DNA of 64,000 nucleotides, from assembly GCA_951406725.2 (NCBI GenBank), contig OX597815.1:103230001-103294000 (forward strand). The letters are read 5' to 3'. Shown here in pieces: positions 11,865-25,800 of the stretch. The position numbers were made by a program, and so were the translations under genes. Source of the stretch: Octopus vulgaris. Lineage: Eukaryota. The stretch's first letter is position 1, and each line of letters begins with the position of its first letter. The notes beneath the pieces were generated by a model. It worked only from the letters and a program-made list of their open reading frames with translations. It ran no database searches and was not told the origin of the DNA.

Positions 11865-13405
11865 CATCAACATCATTACTGTTTAACATCCGTCTTCCAT
11901 GCTGGCATGGGTTGGACGGTTAGACTGAGGACTGGCAAGCCAGAAGGCTACACAAGGCTCCAGTCTGATCTGGCAAGGTTTTTACAGCTGAATGCACTCC
12001 CTAACGCCAACCACTCCGACAGTATAGTGGGTGCTTTTTACGTGCCGCCGGCACGAGGACCAGTCAGGCAGCACTAGTATCGACCACGCTCGAATGGTGC
12101 TTTTTACGTGCCACCAGGATGGAAGCCAGTCAAGCGGCACTGGCATTGACTATGTTCATATGATGCCTTTTACGTGCCAACGCACGAGTGCCAGTCAAAC
12201 TGTAATGGCATCGGCCATGACAATGATTTCACTTGACTAAACAAATCTTCCCAATCACAGCATACTGTCCAATGATTGAAGGGTACTCTTAAATGCGCAG
12301 GTTATGCGACACTGGCGTAGGCCACGACTACCGTCTCACTTGGCTTGCCGGATCTTCTCAAGCACAGCATATCTCAAAAGGTCTCGGTCTCCTGTCATTG
12401 CCTCCTAGACACTCAACGTTCGAAGTCGTGTTTCACCACCTCATTCCATGTCTTCCTGGGTGCACCTCTTCCACAGGTTCCCTCTACTGTTAGGGTGTGA
12501 CACTTTTTCACACAGCTGTCCTCATCTTTACGTAATACATGACCATACCAGTGCAGTCGTCTCTCTTGCACACCACATATGATGCTTCTTACGTCCAACT
12601 TTTCTCTCTGGACGCTTACATTCTGTCGTGTATGCACACTGACATTACACATCCAGCGAAGCATACTAGCTTCATTCCTTGCAATCTTATGCATGTCCTC
12701 AGCAGTCACGGCCCATGTTTCACTGTCGTGTAGCATGGCTGTTTGCACACATGCGTCATACAGTCTACCCTTTCCCTCTGAGCGAGAGGCCCTTGTTACC
12801 TGCAGAGGTAGGAGCTCTCTGAACTTTGCCCAGGCTATTCTTATGCTTGCAGCTACGCCCTTAGATCATCTACACCCGCTACTGACTTGGTCACCTAGGT
12901 AACAGAAGCTATCAACTACTTTTAGTTTCTCCCTCTGGTATGTGATGGAAGCTGTTTTCTGCACATTTTCAGTCTTCATTGCCGCTGTGCCACACACAAA
13001 AACTAACTTTGCAGTTAACATTCCTTTAATATTGCTGCACCTCTTATATGTCCATTACCTACATGGGGTACAGCTTATGGAGTTTCTACCTACGCCTTTT
13101 CTACGGACCGGAGAGGGCATCTATCTGAAGGGACTTGTCATTTGTCTGCCTTCTTATTTACTAATACTTTGGATTTTGCTAGATTCACTCTAAAGCCCTT
13201 CGATTCTAGACCTTGCTTCCACACCTGCAACTTCTCCTATAGTTCTGATAGTGACTTAGCTATTAGAGCAAGGTCATCAGCATTGAGGAGCTCCCAGATA
13301 TATCCTGTCTTGAATCCTTCTGTTATTGACTTGAGGACTATGATAAATAAGAGGGGGCTGAGGACTTATCGTTGGTGGACCTTTACTCGGAATTCTTCAC
13401 TGTTC
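11865..13405 (-). mobile_element. 5'-truncated RTE-clade LINE
   Basis: ELLNADDLAL (degenerate YADD), MLHDSETWA...MLRWMC...RRLHWYGHVLR...RGAPRKTW, 3' UTR and (TGA)n-type tail. Confidence 0.9.
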
Positions 13406-15029
13406 TTGAGTTTGTTAGAGTAAAATACACAAGACACAAATTGGTAGTAAGATATATTGCAAATGATGGAGTTCACACTTCCAATTTTCCTTCATATTAA
13501 ACTGTTGAAGCAGCTCAGTCTACGACGTAAAATGTGCAAATAGCGATAAAGGCAAGACAGAGGGAGTGAAAAATGAGAATCAAAGAAAGAGAGAAAAGGA
13601 GATATTATGAGACAAAATGCAAAGCCCTGTTAAACATTGTGTCTGTATGTGTTAAATTGAAAACTCGCGGGGGACGTATTTGATTTTCATCTCTTTGTAG
13701 TAGACATAATAAGTAAACGGAATGTAATAGCATCGATATAATCGATTATGTTTCCTCGCCAGCAAACATTGGTATTGTACTTAGAAATCAATATTATTAG
13801 CAAATGAGTATTATAGTAAGAGTTAATATCACATGGGACTAAAGCAACGATGCGGTCTAGATTCATCGTTGGAGGCATTTCACTTCGTATACGGCACAAT
13901 GTCTTTGCAGAAAGTAATGTATTCACTGTACTGTCGTCTAAGTAATAAGAATTATTCTACGAAAGAGTACTTGTTTTGTATCACAGGCTTTGAAATGTAT
14001 TACCTTTTACTTGCCCTGATATATTTAAAATCTTTTATATTTTGTGCCCTTTCCCTTGCATAATATATTTTCTTCGATCTAGTACAGTTTGTGTTCTACC
14101 TTATGTCTGTCATACATCATTTGTCGTATGTTGTACTAAGTCTTTTTCTTAGTTTAAGAATCATGTTTATAGCTATGTCATTTGTTGCTATGGCAAGCTT
14201 TTCGGGAATCTGTTTCATTAGTCGTCTTTTTTATATTTTTCGTCTTTACTGAAGGGAAACAAAAATACTTATGGTAATTTGAGGCAGATATTAAACCACT
14301 CAAAACGTTCAGAATAAATAATTTGGGGGCTCTCTCAGCTAGCATTGCATTTCGGCATATGACAATTCTAATTTATTAAGACGGTTTATTATACGTTGAA
14401 CCTAAGAAAAACAATTACTAAAAGCTTTTTCCGTAGGTAACATTATAATTTTGCCACTGAGTTGATCGCGTTCGGACGTGGTCAGACATACTTCACGTCA
14501 TTAATATAACAACATAAGAGGCTGGTATAGAGGCGACATTGTTCATGCATCGAAGTCGAAGCAATTAGTTACACCGCTCAACGTTCTCTGGTTCAAATCC
14601 TACCACGTTCAACTTCGCCATTCAACATTTGAAGGAAGACAAAGTAGACGGGGTTAGGATATTAAATCTACTGGGATAGATTTGATACCCTAACCCCATC
14701 TATAAAATCAAGTTCTCAGATGAGAAAATTATTTAATTATATATCGACAATGTTCATTGTATCATGTCTTCCCACCTACCTATAACGATTTGATTCGTCG
14801 ATTTTATGAAATGAAGTGCAATTTTACATAAATAATGGTTGTCTCTGAACATTTGAAATTATTTATGTTCATTGTTGAAATTCTCCAGTGAAATAAAGAT
14901 GACCTGAGTACATTATTTGCATTATTCATGAACAAGTGAGCGAATTCAGATTTGGTGCTTATGTCCATATAGGAATGGATGGTGATCAGTGGAACATATG
15001 AAGTCAATGATCCATTATAAAGTGCCATG

Positions 15030-15074
<45 letters not shown>

Positions 15075-16949
15075 CGAAGTTGAATCGGTAATAAAACAAG
15101 TGTTGTAGCTCATTCATTAGAAAACAGCTAGAGAATTGTGCATCGTTTGAAAATGCGCCTTCTTCAACATGTTAATTAACGTAAAAAAGACAGAAGACAA
15201 GCAGCAACCTGACTCTGTCATGGTAGAAAATAGATCCCAATCATCCTAATCACAATCTAGCCTCTAAATGTAGTGAATAAAATCACGATTTCTGATATCA
15301 ATAGATTGGAAAGCAGAAGGCTTGCTGCATACATTCTACTGCACTAGTTATCAGGATGTTTAAAGTTGGACTCTAAAAACAAAAATGCATAAAACTCTGC
15401 AAAATTCAACGAAGAGTAGTTTTATCATATCTGTTGTATTCTGCCGAGACTTAGGCACTTTATCGAGGACACATCGAAAAGCTGATGAGATAAGAGTTGC
15501 GCCTTGTTAGATATACAATTAACATGGTTTTAAGTGATTACATCTCCAGCCTGATTATCCGTTAGAGCTCAAACATTACTAGTCTACAATTTATCCTCCC
15601 TGAGTTTCGGCTTCCTGGACTTTAACAGGGGATCTGTATTGAGGCCACCGGGCATTCAAATACAGATGGCCTTGGTGGAGACGTATCGATTCCTTCTCCT
15701 TGGAAAAGACAGTGATGACTGCAATATATGGCGGCAAGTAGTGAGGAAAGAAATAAATGTTGAAAAGCCAAATTAAAAAGAACAAATACAAAAAGTTACA
15801 GAGAAAAAGTTAGAGCAAGCTTCATTACACTAGATCGACCAAGAGGATTCTACAATAACAGCAGTCATGCTTGTACCAGCGTTTGGGCTACAAATACGGG
15901 AAAGAGAAATGTATCGTAGAAGTTTATTAATTAAATTTGAAAAACCAAAGTTTTTCTACTACCAAGTCGTATTCTATTACGTGTGATTGCTGAAAGAATG
16001 AAAGAGGGAGAGAGAGAGGGGAAGGGAGAAAGAGAGGAGGAGGGAGAGACAGGAAGAGAGCGGAAAAAATATGAATTCACTTTTAGTTTTCTCAACACAG
16101 TCAAGGCTACATCATTTCTTATGGTGTCGCAGTAAATATTTTTATGCAAAATTCAATCTAAAACAAATACGAAATCGCAAAAGACACATGGTTATGATAT
16201 CGGCTGTTCGACTGGAGTGTCATCTGTTTATATCCTGTTGGGTGCTCATGTCCGAATGCTCCATTTAACTTAGAGCAAAATGGGTAGAGGTTAAAAGTAT
16301 GTGTGAGAGAGTGAAAGAGAAAGAGATGGGGAGAGGGAGAGAGAGAAAAAGAGAAAGATAGAGAAAGATGCGTGTGGGAGAGAGAAAAAAGAGAAAGCAG
16401 ATGAGTGTGTGTGAGAGAGAGGATGCGTGTGAGGGAGAGGATGCGTGTGAGGGAGAGGATGTTTGAGAGATTATGTGAGTGGGTGGAGTTACTGAGTTAA
16501 AGAAAACTCTTGAATAGCTGTAACATTGAGTTTATAGACAGCATGTCATTCACATGAAAACTGAAGGAAGAAAGGCATAAAATTTGAAGCACTGTGACAT
16601 GTGTACGTATAGTACTAAGATTAGGGTTAGGGAACCATTACTAAATATTTCAATCTTCCATCACTGGAAATAGGAGTTATAAAGCAAAGACTCAATACAA
16701 ATGATTACTAAACAAAATAGAAGAAAAATTATATTATCTCTGCATTTTTCATTTTAACCCTTAAATATCATGCACAATCTGAACAAGATTGTACACAAAA
16801 TATAAAGAGCTCAATCATAAACGCTGTTTTGTTTTACAAGAAATAGGTCTGTTTAAGATCACTTCAAATGCTAGAAACAAATGGACAAGAACCCCTAAAT
16901 ATTATGCGCTTGTCCTTAAAAAATAGACTTATTGAGTAATGCACATTTA

Positions 16950-17023
<74 letters not shown>

Positions 17024-17554
17024 GAAATTGAAAGATGAATAATCTTGTTGCAGATTAATCAAAAGTTTAACCGATACCTTGGTAGCAAAAATCACAGCAG
17101 AAGACAGCACGGTTGGAGGTACAACCATATGGTGTTGCAACCATGCGTTGGTGCGGATAATTGAATTTTAATATTATTAGTGAATTGAAGAAATGGAGTT
17201 GAACGAAGATTATATATATTTAGGAAGGCTCTAACTGTTCAAAGTGCTTATACTTTTGTATATGCATATGCATATACACGCCTTTTCAGTTAATCAGACT
17301 ACTACTGGTTTCAGGTTGAGAGCGGTATATTTCTTAGCAATTATGAAGCCTGTTTCATAGGACGTTACACCATGTCTATCACTCAACATAAAACCAACGG
17401 TAGCTAGCTAATGTGGTGATGAGCACCTATCCTCACTGTTCGGTAATTAACGGACATACATACTTACGTACATGCATACATACATATATGCACATACAAA
17501 CATACATACATACCTACATGCATGGATGCATACATACATACATATATACATACA

Positions 17555-17586
<32 letters not shown>

Positions 17587-17605
17587 CATATATACATACA
17601 TATAT

Positions 17606-17638
<33 letters not shown>

Positions 17639-17967
17639 GTCTGTAAATATATATCCGAAAAAAGAAGCACACTCTAAGTTATAGAATAGTATAAAGTCTA
17701 TTGCAGCAGGCTTGACAGTTCGAATAGCAGCAGCGGCAGTACCATCACCGCCGATGACAACACTTTACAGCGATGACAGCAGCAGCAATATCTCTAAGGC
17801 ATCTATAACAACAATAACAGCGAGTCTATCAATGCCCATGAAAAGAACAACGGCACCCTTACCAACACCGGCAGCGGCGGAACCAATACTATCGCCACTT
17901 CCCATGACGCCAACACCAGCAGACACACCATCGTCAACAGCCGACCACAGAAATAGATCGGCTGTTC

Positions 17968-18600
17968 CGGAAACTCATTCAAACAACGCCTCTCCAACCA
18001 CAGATCCTCCTTCAGGATAGCGGAAGGGAAACTCGTCACGTCATTAGCGAGACGTATATAGCAGCTGATAGACGACGGGACTCCATACACAATATCATGG
18101 AGAATCCTAGAAAATTCAGGTCCCTACATTAATGGGACTAATCGTTGTAAATTATGCATAGGGAAATGGAGAGTATCCTAAGGGACTCCCTCGACCCAGG
18201 GAACATCCTGAACCTCAGAACGGAAATCTTCGGAACGTGCTTATATTCCATGAAATTCATACTAGCCTATTGGAACCCACGAGAAAACAGGGTAACCGGT
18301 GATCGAGAGCCAATCCCTTTTGTTAACATTGAGAAACGGAGCCCTTTCCTCATTACTCAATGTAACTCAAGTCTGGGCTGGAAGAAAGCTCGAAGTTGCC
18401 AGGCCAAAAGTCGGTGAAGTTGTCTTCGTAGAATTTCTGCACATTCTTTGCTGTATGAGTAGGAGAACCATCTACAATGCGTTGTCTCTTGGCTTCTTAA
18501 GTGGACATGTTAGATCGTATTGCTGGAGCTTCTGCTTACATTAACTTTATATACCTCCACCCTAAAATAGAAAATAAAATTTTAGTATTTACGCTCAGGA
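17968..18600 (+). mobile_element. Penelope-like element fragment: GIY-YIG endonuclease C-terminus and downstream terminal repeat
   Basis: NSFKQRLSNHRSSF...ISWRILE...PY...RCKLC..E...ILNLRTEIFGTC..KFIL, with one stop and one frameshift. Confidence 0.75.
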
Positions 18601-18702
18601 ATATATGAAAAATAATCTTCCATTTCCCACCCGGTGCACATATATATGTATACATACACACACACGCACATACATACATACATACATACATACATACATA
18701 CA

Positions 18703-18738
<36 letters not shown>

Positions 18739-18741
18739 TAT

Positions 18742-18821
<80 letters not shown>

Positions 18822-19112
18822 ATAATAATAATGAAGGGTATCTAAGAGAGACCACCACGCTGGAAATAACAGCCAAAACGTGACTCTAAGACCACATTAA
18901 ATGTTCATACAGCACCAGGAGAGAAGACAAAGAGGCAAAATAAACTAGAAAAAATTACTGAATAATTCCAGATCCCAGAAATCTGAGCCAGAAATGCGGG
19001 ATCCTCTTCTCTCCCCCTCTCTCTCCCCCTCTCTCTCCCTCTATCTATCTCCTCGTCTCTCCCTCTATCTATCTATCTCCTCGTCTCTCCCTCTCTTGTA
19101 TATATTTATATA

Positions 19113-19240
19113 TGACAGGCTTCTTTTTCTTTCATTACATTAACAAAGCATTGGTTGGCCCAGGTGCCGTGCTGGGACACTGAACTGAAAACCACGTCGT
19201 TGCAAATTGAACTTCTTAATCACAGTCACACCTGCACCTG
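19113..19240 (-). mobile_element. Degenerate tRNA-derived SINE head
   Basis: Similar to 59930-60078. Confidence 0.6.
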
Positions 19241-20059
19241 TAGAAATTTGAGCAAGATATGCCCATAGTAGTTAGCTTTTTGACACTTCCTCGCTGATAT
19301 TGTAAATATCACCAAGGCCATCCTTAAGGATATGGAAGCCGGGAACTTTGATGGAACACTATTGGAACCATTTTATGGAAATCTGAATAAAAGATGCAAT
19401 ACACACAGCTGGAATACGATTCATGATAATTTCACTCTACCAGTTATAACATGGTTCTCAGTAAAACAAAATTTACTATATCTATAAAAGTGCTCACCAC
19501 CGTCACTTGTATTTGTTTAAACAGGGATTCAGAAAAATATTTATCAAAAATGTTTCAGCTGCTTATATTTTACAATATATTGTGCCCACATAATCATGTT
19601 ATTATTCTTATTATATATGCACATCTAGCCTGTTGTTTTAGCACAACTACTGCCATATTTTAGAAAAAATCCTACCTAGTCGGTAATTCAATCCTTAGAA
19701 CTTTGATCCCTTGAATACAACGCACATAGGTTATTGATTATTTCATTTTACAGCAACATGCGTCACATTTGTATCTTGCATTTCAATGTATTATATCTCC
19801 GAAGAACAGTTGCTTTCTATTTATGAATCACGGCTAATGACGTTAAAAATGAGTTCGTTTTGACGAGATATGTCGAACAAAGAAATAAAGATTTCTTCGA
19901 CTGAAAGCAATCAAATCGCTGCAGAGACTTCTTTATCTATACATGACTCACTTCACCTGTCTGTGATTATATCAATTGAAACCTCTTGTCGGAAATAAAG
20001 GCAATCAAAATAAGAATATACGATATCCTAAACCTATTCAGAATGATAGATACGGACAC

Positions 20060-20490
20060 TGCAGTTGTGATAAACTATTCAGCCAGGCAAACTTTAGCGA
20101 AATTAGCCATCGACAAGTAGTAATATATTCGACTGTATCATTGGATTTTCTCTGTTCTGTTACTAAACGCAAATTCCAATAGTACTTGAATTTTAGTAGC
20201 AAACTAACCATAGTAAGCAGTTACTGGAAATATACGTCACTACCATGCGATTATTGCACTTTTGTAGTTGAAGCAGTTTTCAACAATGTGCACTGGAGCT
20301 GATTATCAATTTCATATTTATAATATTTACCGTTCCACAGATGACATTTTCTACTGCAATTCTAATCCCTCTTGTCCGAGATTTCAACAACGTGAAGTTA
20401 ATATCTGTATCGCTGAAACCAGATATTTGCCAAGATACACGCACAAAATTTATACCGTCGGTGTGACGCTAGCCAAATATTTTGATTGAA
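20060..20490 (-). pseudogene. hAT (Buster/Charlie-like) transposase remnant
   Basis: Minus-strand traces in the expected order: LASV-TDG (frameshifted), ..HC.., EYITTCRWLIS, resembling YHTEVRWLS. Confidence 0.4.
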
Positions 20491-20580
20491 ATCTGTAGTG
20501 CTTGTTATTTGTCATCACAGTTATAACTTCATAACGCTATAAGTCTTATGATATTATAATAACTTGCCATTCATAAGTTA

Positions 20581-20703
20581 CGAGGGGTGTATGAAAAGTC
20601 TTGGGCCTCAAAAATACAAAACAAGGTACAAGGCTTCTGATGAATGTACAAGACTTCAAGGTCTTTAGGCCTTGAAGGCTCAAAACTTTTCATACATCCC
20701 TCG
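20581..20703. mobile_element. Tc1/mariner-type MITE with TA TSD
   Basis: TA|CGAGGGGTGTATGAAAAGT ... ACTTTTCATACATCCCTCG|TA terminal inverted repeats. Confidence 0.85.
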
Positions 20704-21640
20704 TATAATGTTAAACGGTTTTTCTTATGAGGATACGTATATGATGAACGATTTCAGATGCTATTACTAAAGATTGAAGAAAAAACATCCCATATCTTAA
20801 TACGATTCTAATGATGTATTGAGACCCAATTATCGGAAGGCAAAAAGGCATTTTTAATAAAGGTATATATACACATACGAGTGTGTGTGTGTGTATGTAT
20901 GACTAGGTGTGTGTGTGTGAGAATCCTCCAAGCGTATGCGTGTGTGCATAAAAAAAGTCTTTAATGTAAACAAGGCGGAGAAAAGTCAACTAGTGTATAC
21001 TGAAATTAGAATACGAAACTATATCTATTGTGAATGAAAATTGAGGTTTCGAAACTGTTTCGCATTTCCGAACTTGGAACGGTATTTAAGTAAACAAAAA
21101 AGCAGGAAATCATTAACCAGTACTTTCGGATAGCGACAGAAGTTGGGTGCATGTGTAAAGATAAACTCGAATAAATATTTGTTTGGATACTCATGCAAAA
21201 TTAAAATCAACTAACTGAATGACAAGAGTTGAATATATAAATAAATATCAGCATAATTCAATTATATTAGTTGCTTGTATTTTAGGTCATTCATAACAAA
21301 TCCTTCACAACAAAACAATAGAATATTAATGAATGAAAATTACAAAATTAGAAGAAAATTTGGCTGAATATACGCGAAACAAATACAGTTACCGTTGAAA
21401 TCACCGACAAGATTGCTCTCTACTTTTAAAGTCATATAGTATAAACAACCTTTAATGCTAGATTAATATTCTATTGGAACGACGGAACAATCTTTTCTCC
21501 GGTTATCTTTTAAGAGTATTCTGTATTGCGACATACAATTACAGTATGCAGCTTTTCAAGCTACGAAAGAGAGGTCTAGACTGAACTAGTATTTCATAAC
21601 TCTTTGTAAATTTATTAATTATTTACAAGCACACACACAG

Positions 21641-21700
<60 letters not shown>

Positions 21701-23339
21701 ATGTGTGTGTGTGTGTTTGTTTGTGTGTATGTGTGTGTGTGTGTTTGTGTGTATGGGTGTGTGTGTGTGTGTGCCTGCCTGTGCGTGCGTGTGTACAATT
21801 GGAGTTGTTAGAGAATCATACTGAATGCTCTGCGGTATTCTTTGCGGCACTCTACACCTTGATTTCAAATTTCCTACTCCATCGACGTCAAATTTGTTCT
21901 TTCGTTTGTTTTCGTTTCTCTGAATGAATTTGGTTTATGAAATTTGATGGAGATTTTAGGGATTTACTTTATATTTCTAACACGACTATATGCACACAAT
22001 ATCAACCATCTTTGAGCGATCATTGCTTAAAACCCAACATTTCCGAGTATTTTCCGAAATTCTTGGCCACTCTGAAAACATCGCAATTCTCGACAATTAA
22101 ACTGATTATAAAGAGATATGTAATAAACTAAACCAGAACAACAAACAATTCTATAATCAAATTGCCTTACTTAAGAACCCTTGAGAAATCGAAAATAATT
22201 CTACAAATAACCATCGAAAATATATGAGAATCCAAAATTATAACTTCTATACATATAAACAATCATACCTAATAATATATAGGATGCAATCAATCAGAGA
22301 AACTTAGAAACATAACAAATTCATGAATCACTTTAATAAAACCAGTCATTCCTTCCTCAGCTCCCCAAAGGATATCACATTAATTTCTACACTTCTAGGC
22401 AGGATCAGTACATCAGTCGATGTCAACCAGCCTTAGAGTCGTATAGTCTAACGCTATCTGAGAATATAAAAACCTTATATTTTGCACCCATATCATATTT
22501 ACAAACTTATCTATCTATAACCCGATTGCTTGCTTACACAAAACTCAATTAAATATATTACAAGATCAATAATTACACAAGTCAATCAACAAATTCAATC
22601 AAACATAAATAACATCTCCGAATAATAAACTAAGTAAAAATAGATGCAAATAACACACATTGCACCTACCAACCTAGGTACACTATATACTCAAATACTG
22701 CTATCTATCACGAGCATATTAAGGAAGAAATAGTCGTGACCAACGAATAAGATACTAACCAAATATGTTCACATAGACACAGATTTAAAATCTCAGGTAA
22801 GAATATTGATTGTACTTGGATCTATACTGAATAAACACAACTCAAACATCCCTAATAACCACTAACATGATATCGAATTGTTGATATTTGTGAATTTTCT
22901 GTTGAGGTAAATATCATTCATCCTGCCGAGATTAATGAATATAGTTTCAGTTAGCTCCTTTAATAGGTTCGTCTCTCTTCTCAGCGTAACATTTGATAAT
23001 GTCTCGCCTGGATTTGGCTATTTTGTGGCATCAGAATTATCGAGGTAAACTACTCGCAGCCATCCATTTTAAGGATATAAATGAATCGTGAAGTGCTAAT
23101 AATTTTTGCGGCAAATCTGATGTGTTACAGGAACCGAACAAGGAAAACCCGTTGTCTATCTCCTCCGACACACACACACACACACACACACTCTCTCTCT
23201 CTCTCTCTCTCTTTCCCTGCACATATATACATATTTTTATACTTTTATTCCTGTACTAATTTCAGCTATCACTTTCGCTACTCAGGGGCACTGCTCTTAG
23301 CTTTGCTACACTTTTCTTTCTCACTCGAATTCTTGTCTG

Positions 23340-25800
23340 TTATGTGGCATTTGGTGACTGGGGGAATTTAATGTTGTTGCCCTTATCTGCATTTGCTACT
23401 GCCAGATAGATTCATCCAGGACTCTTCACAGGAGGAGATCCAGTGTCGTTTTGAAGTACCTATATTCCCCTCAAGTAGGTTTTTGAAGCTAGATATCAGC
23501 CAGCAAGTCATTTTCATCAATGAGCGCAATTAAGTTCGTTCTCACTATTTGTTCCATGACTTTGACGCTATGTGAGGTCAGAGAGCTAGCCCTAGAGATT
23601 TTAGCATTTGCTTTACTTCCTCCTTTACGGATAAGGCATATTCCCTCCCTCAACTTGAAGTTGCAAGGAAGCTCTAAAATAGAAACTGCAGCGGTTTCGC
23701 TCGTTTGATCTGAGAATGCATAAGAACCAGGAGCTGAGTTGCCTCTGCCTCATCTACAGCCAGTAATACATTTTTTCTTTGATGCCGATGTAATGAAATA
23801 TTACCTCTCATTTTTACTTTGATGTCGATGTAATAAAATATTACCTCTCTGGTCACAGTGATTTCATGGATAGGTGCACAGACCTGCATTGGTTTTTCTA
23901 CTTGCATGAGTCCTAACGGGTAGTGAAAACACATTTGAACTGGTTGTTTAGAATTTCTATTTTTCTTGGGTTTCCTACGAGAGCGCCATTCTTTTGGAAG
24001 CGGGGATCTATCTCGTAGTGTACTGAGGCCGTTTCTTTGTCAAAATTAAAGAAAGCTAGATGATTTGACTTAATATTTTTTGTAACCTGGTCTTCTTCAT
24101 ATTCTCTCTCTTTTCTCAACCTCAATCTGTGTTGTTTAAAGGCGCGACTTTCATATGTTTGTTTAGACATTTTACAATCTTTATCCGCTACCTCATAAGA
24201 ACTTTCCCTAGGGATCTCCTTGCGTGAGTTGGTTTTGTGTATAAGTGTAATGGCGTTGTGCATATGTGTGTTGTTTTGTGCATATGCGTTTTGGCCTTGC
24301 AGCACATGGCTTGCATTACGGACATGAAATGTTTAAGTTTCATGTCGATGTCCGCTGCAGAGAGGTATTTAGGCCAATCGTATTTTAGAACAACTTTCTG
24401 AATCAGTTTCCAGTTCAGACTAGAAAGATTTGGGTGTTCATATGCTTTTAGTCTATACATAGTTAAATCCATTGTATTAGGATCCCAGACTAGTGACGGT
24501 GTCACTTTCACATTATGTTTGCTATCCATATTGACTGTAAAGCAGAGATCTAGTATATCATTTGCCCGGCTTAATTACCATGAATAAAGCACTGATAAGC
24601 TTAAGCAGGGATTCCACCTGTATTTGCTGGCGATGTTATTCTTGAAATCATGAGTCCTTCGGACCACTACACATTGAAGTCACCCGGAAGGAAAACACTG
24701 ATGTGCTGTTCCAATTTGGTTAGAATTTATTTTATTTTTCACGGCGGTCTTCAAATTGGCCTACGTTATTTGAAGAATTCAGTGGACGATACGTAGTGCA
24801 TATAACAATATTGAGCGGTCTTATGTATACAATTTTAGTGTCACACACTGAATGAGAATATGACAGCCGGATCTGCGGTGTGAGATCCTCATCGATGTAT
24901 ACTGCAACACTATTGTGGCTCTTTTCTCTTCTGCCCGTTTGTAATACAGTGTACATCTTCTGCCCGTTTGTAATACAGTGTACAGTTTGCGCATTTTTGC
25001 ATCTGCTATATCAGGTCTAAGATTTACTTCCACGAGTCTGCACTTGATGAAGCCAGATCAGCAACTTCACAATCTTTAGAGACATGCACAAAAAAAATGT
25101 TCAGCTGCTGCACTTTTCACATCTGAGTGATACTGGTTGTTTGAAGTAGTACGCACTACGCCAGCATAACACTTTTTAGGAGCAGACAGTGCGGGATATT
25201 TCTTCTTTGGTGCCCCTCCCTTCATTGTTGTTTTTCTGGAAAGAATTTCTGGTTCAAGCCCATGCAATCTCGAATATTCGAAACAGCGATTTGCACCATT
25301 GTCTCCGCTTCAGCCGTTTCCTTGCAGATAAAATCTGCATATGTTTCCACTTCTGTATCTCCTACTTCTTTTGTCCACATTGTCTGATCTTTATTTTTGC
25401 TCCAAAGTTATATTTTCCTTTTATTTTGGTGGTTCCACTGGTAACTTCACATTTGTGCAGCCAATGTTGTTTTTTGTCATTGTTTATCTCCGAAACTTTA
25501 TTTTTAGTTTTTTATTTTCTTCCTTTACTTTTCCTCTTTGTTTTTGGTCTTGATTGTTTGTAGTAGGCTTTGGTTTTTCTTTGATTTATTTTTGTTTTGG
25601 GGCTTTTCCTTTTTCAACCCTCTCATCTCTCTGGCTGTCTAGATTGGTGAGGGCAGAGTTAGTATCATCGGGTTCCATACATTAGCAGGTGACTTCTATT
25701 TTATGATTCATTATCTCCACTTTTATCATCCTTGCTGTAATCGATTCCCAGAATGGCAGCCAGTTTGTTGAAGTGTGACCTCATGAGGGATGGGAACGGA
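23340..25800 (-). mobile_element. Degenerate CR1-like LINE with internal deletion
   Basis: ORF1 CCCH-like CRFYLQG, APE traces (TTYRP, PGDFN, DILDLCF), linker KNIKSN...LNNQFKCVFT, RT start (SLTSH.VKVMEQIVR) joined to the C-terminal FKTTLD..PDE-like block. Confidence 0.75.
24927..24984. repeat. 29-bp perfect tandem duplication inside the CR1 element
   Basis: tcttctgcccgtttgtaatacagtgtaca present twice. Confidence 0.9.

Noticed and set aside
12030-12200. Regularly spaced repeats resembling a CRISPR array
   Set aside because: Eukaryotic LINE 3' UTR tandem repeats; the spacers are related to each other and there are no cas genes.
15590-15900. Possible RTE 3' fragment (IDSFSLEK/DDCNIWRQVV)
   Set aside because: Too degenerate to support by eye.
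16621-16632. (TTAGGG)2 telomere-like motif
   Set aside because: Only two units, which is within chance or ordinary repeat background.
17712-18020. 102-aa Pro/Thr/Ser-rich ORF
   Set aside because: Decayed trinucleotide low-complexity sequence running into a Penelope fragment, with no domain or splice evidence.
21900-22900. A-rich strand-biased segment suggesting a decayed LINE or Penelope ORF
   Set aside because: No diagnostic motif recognised.
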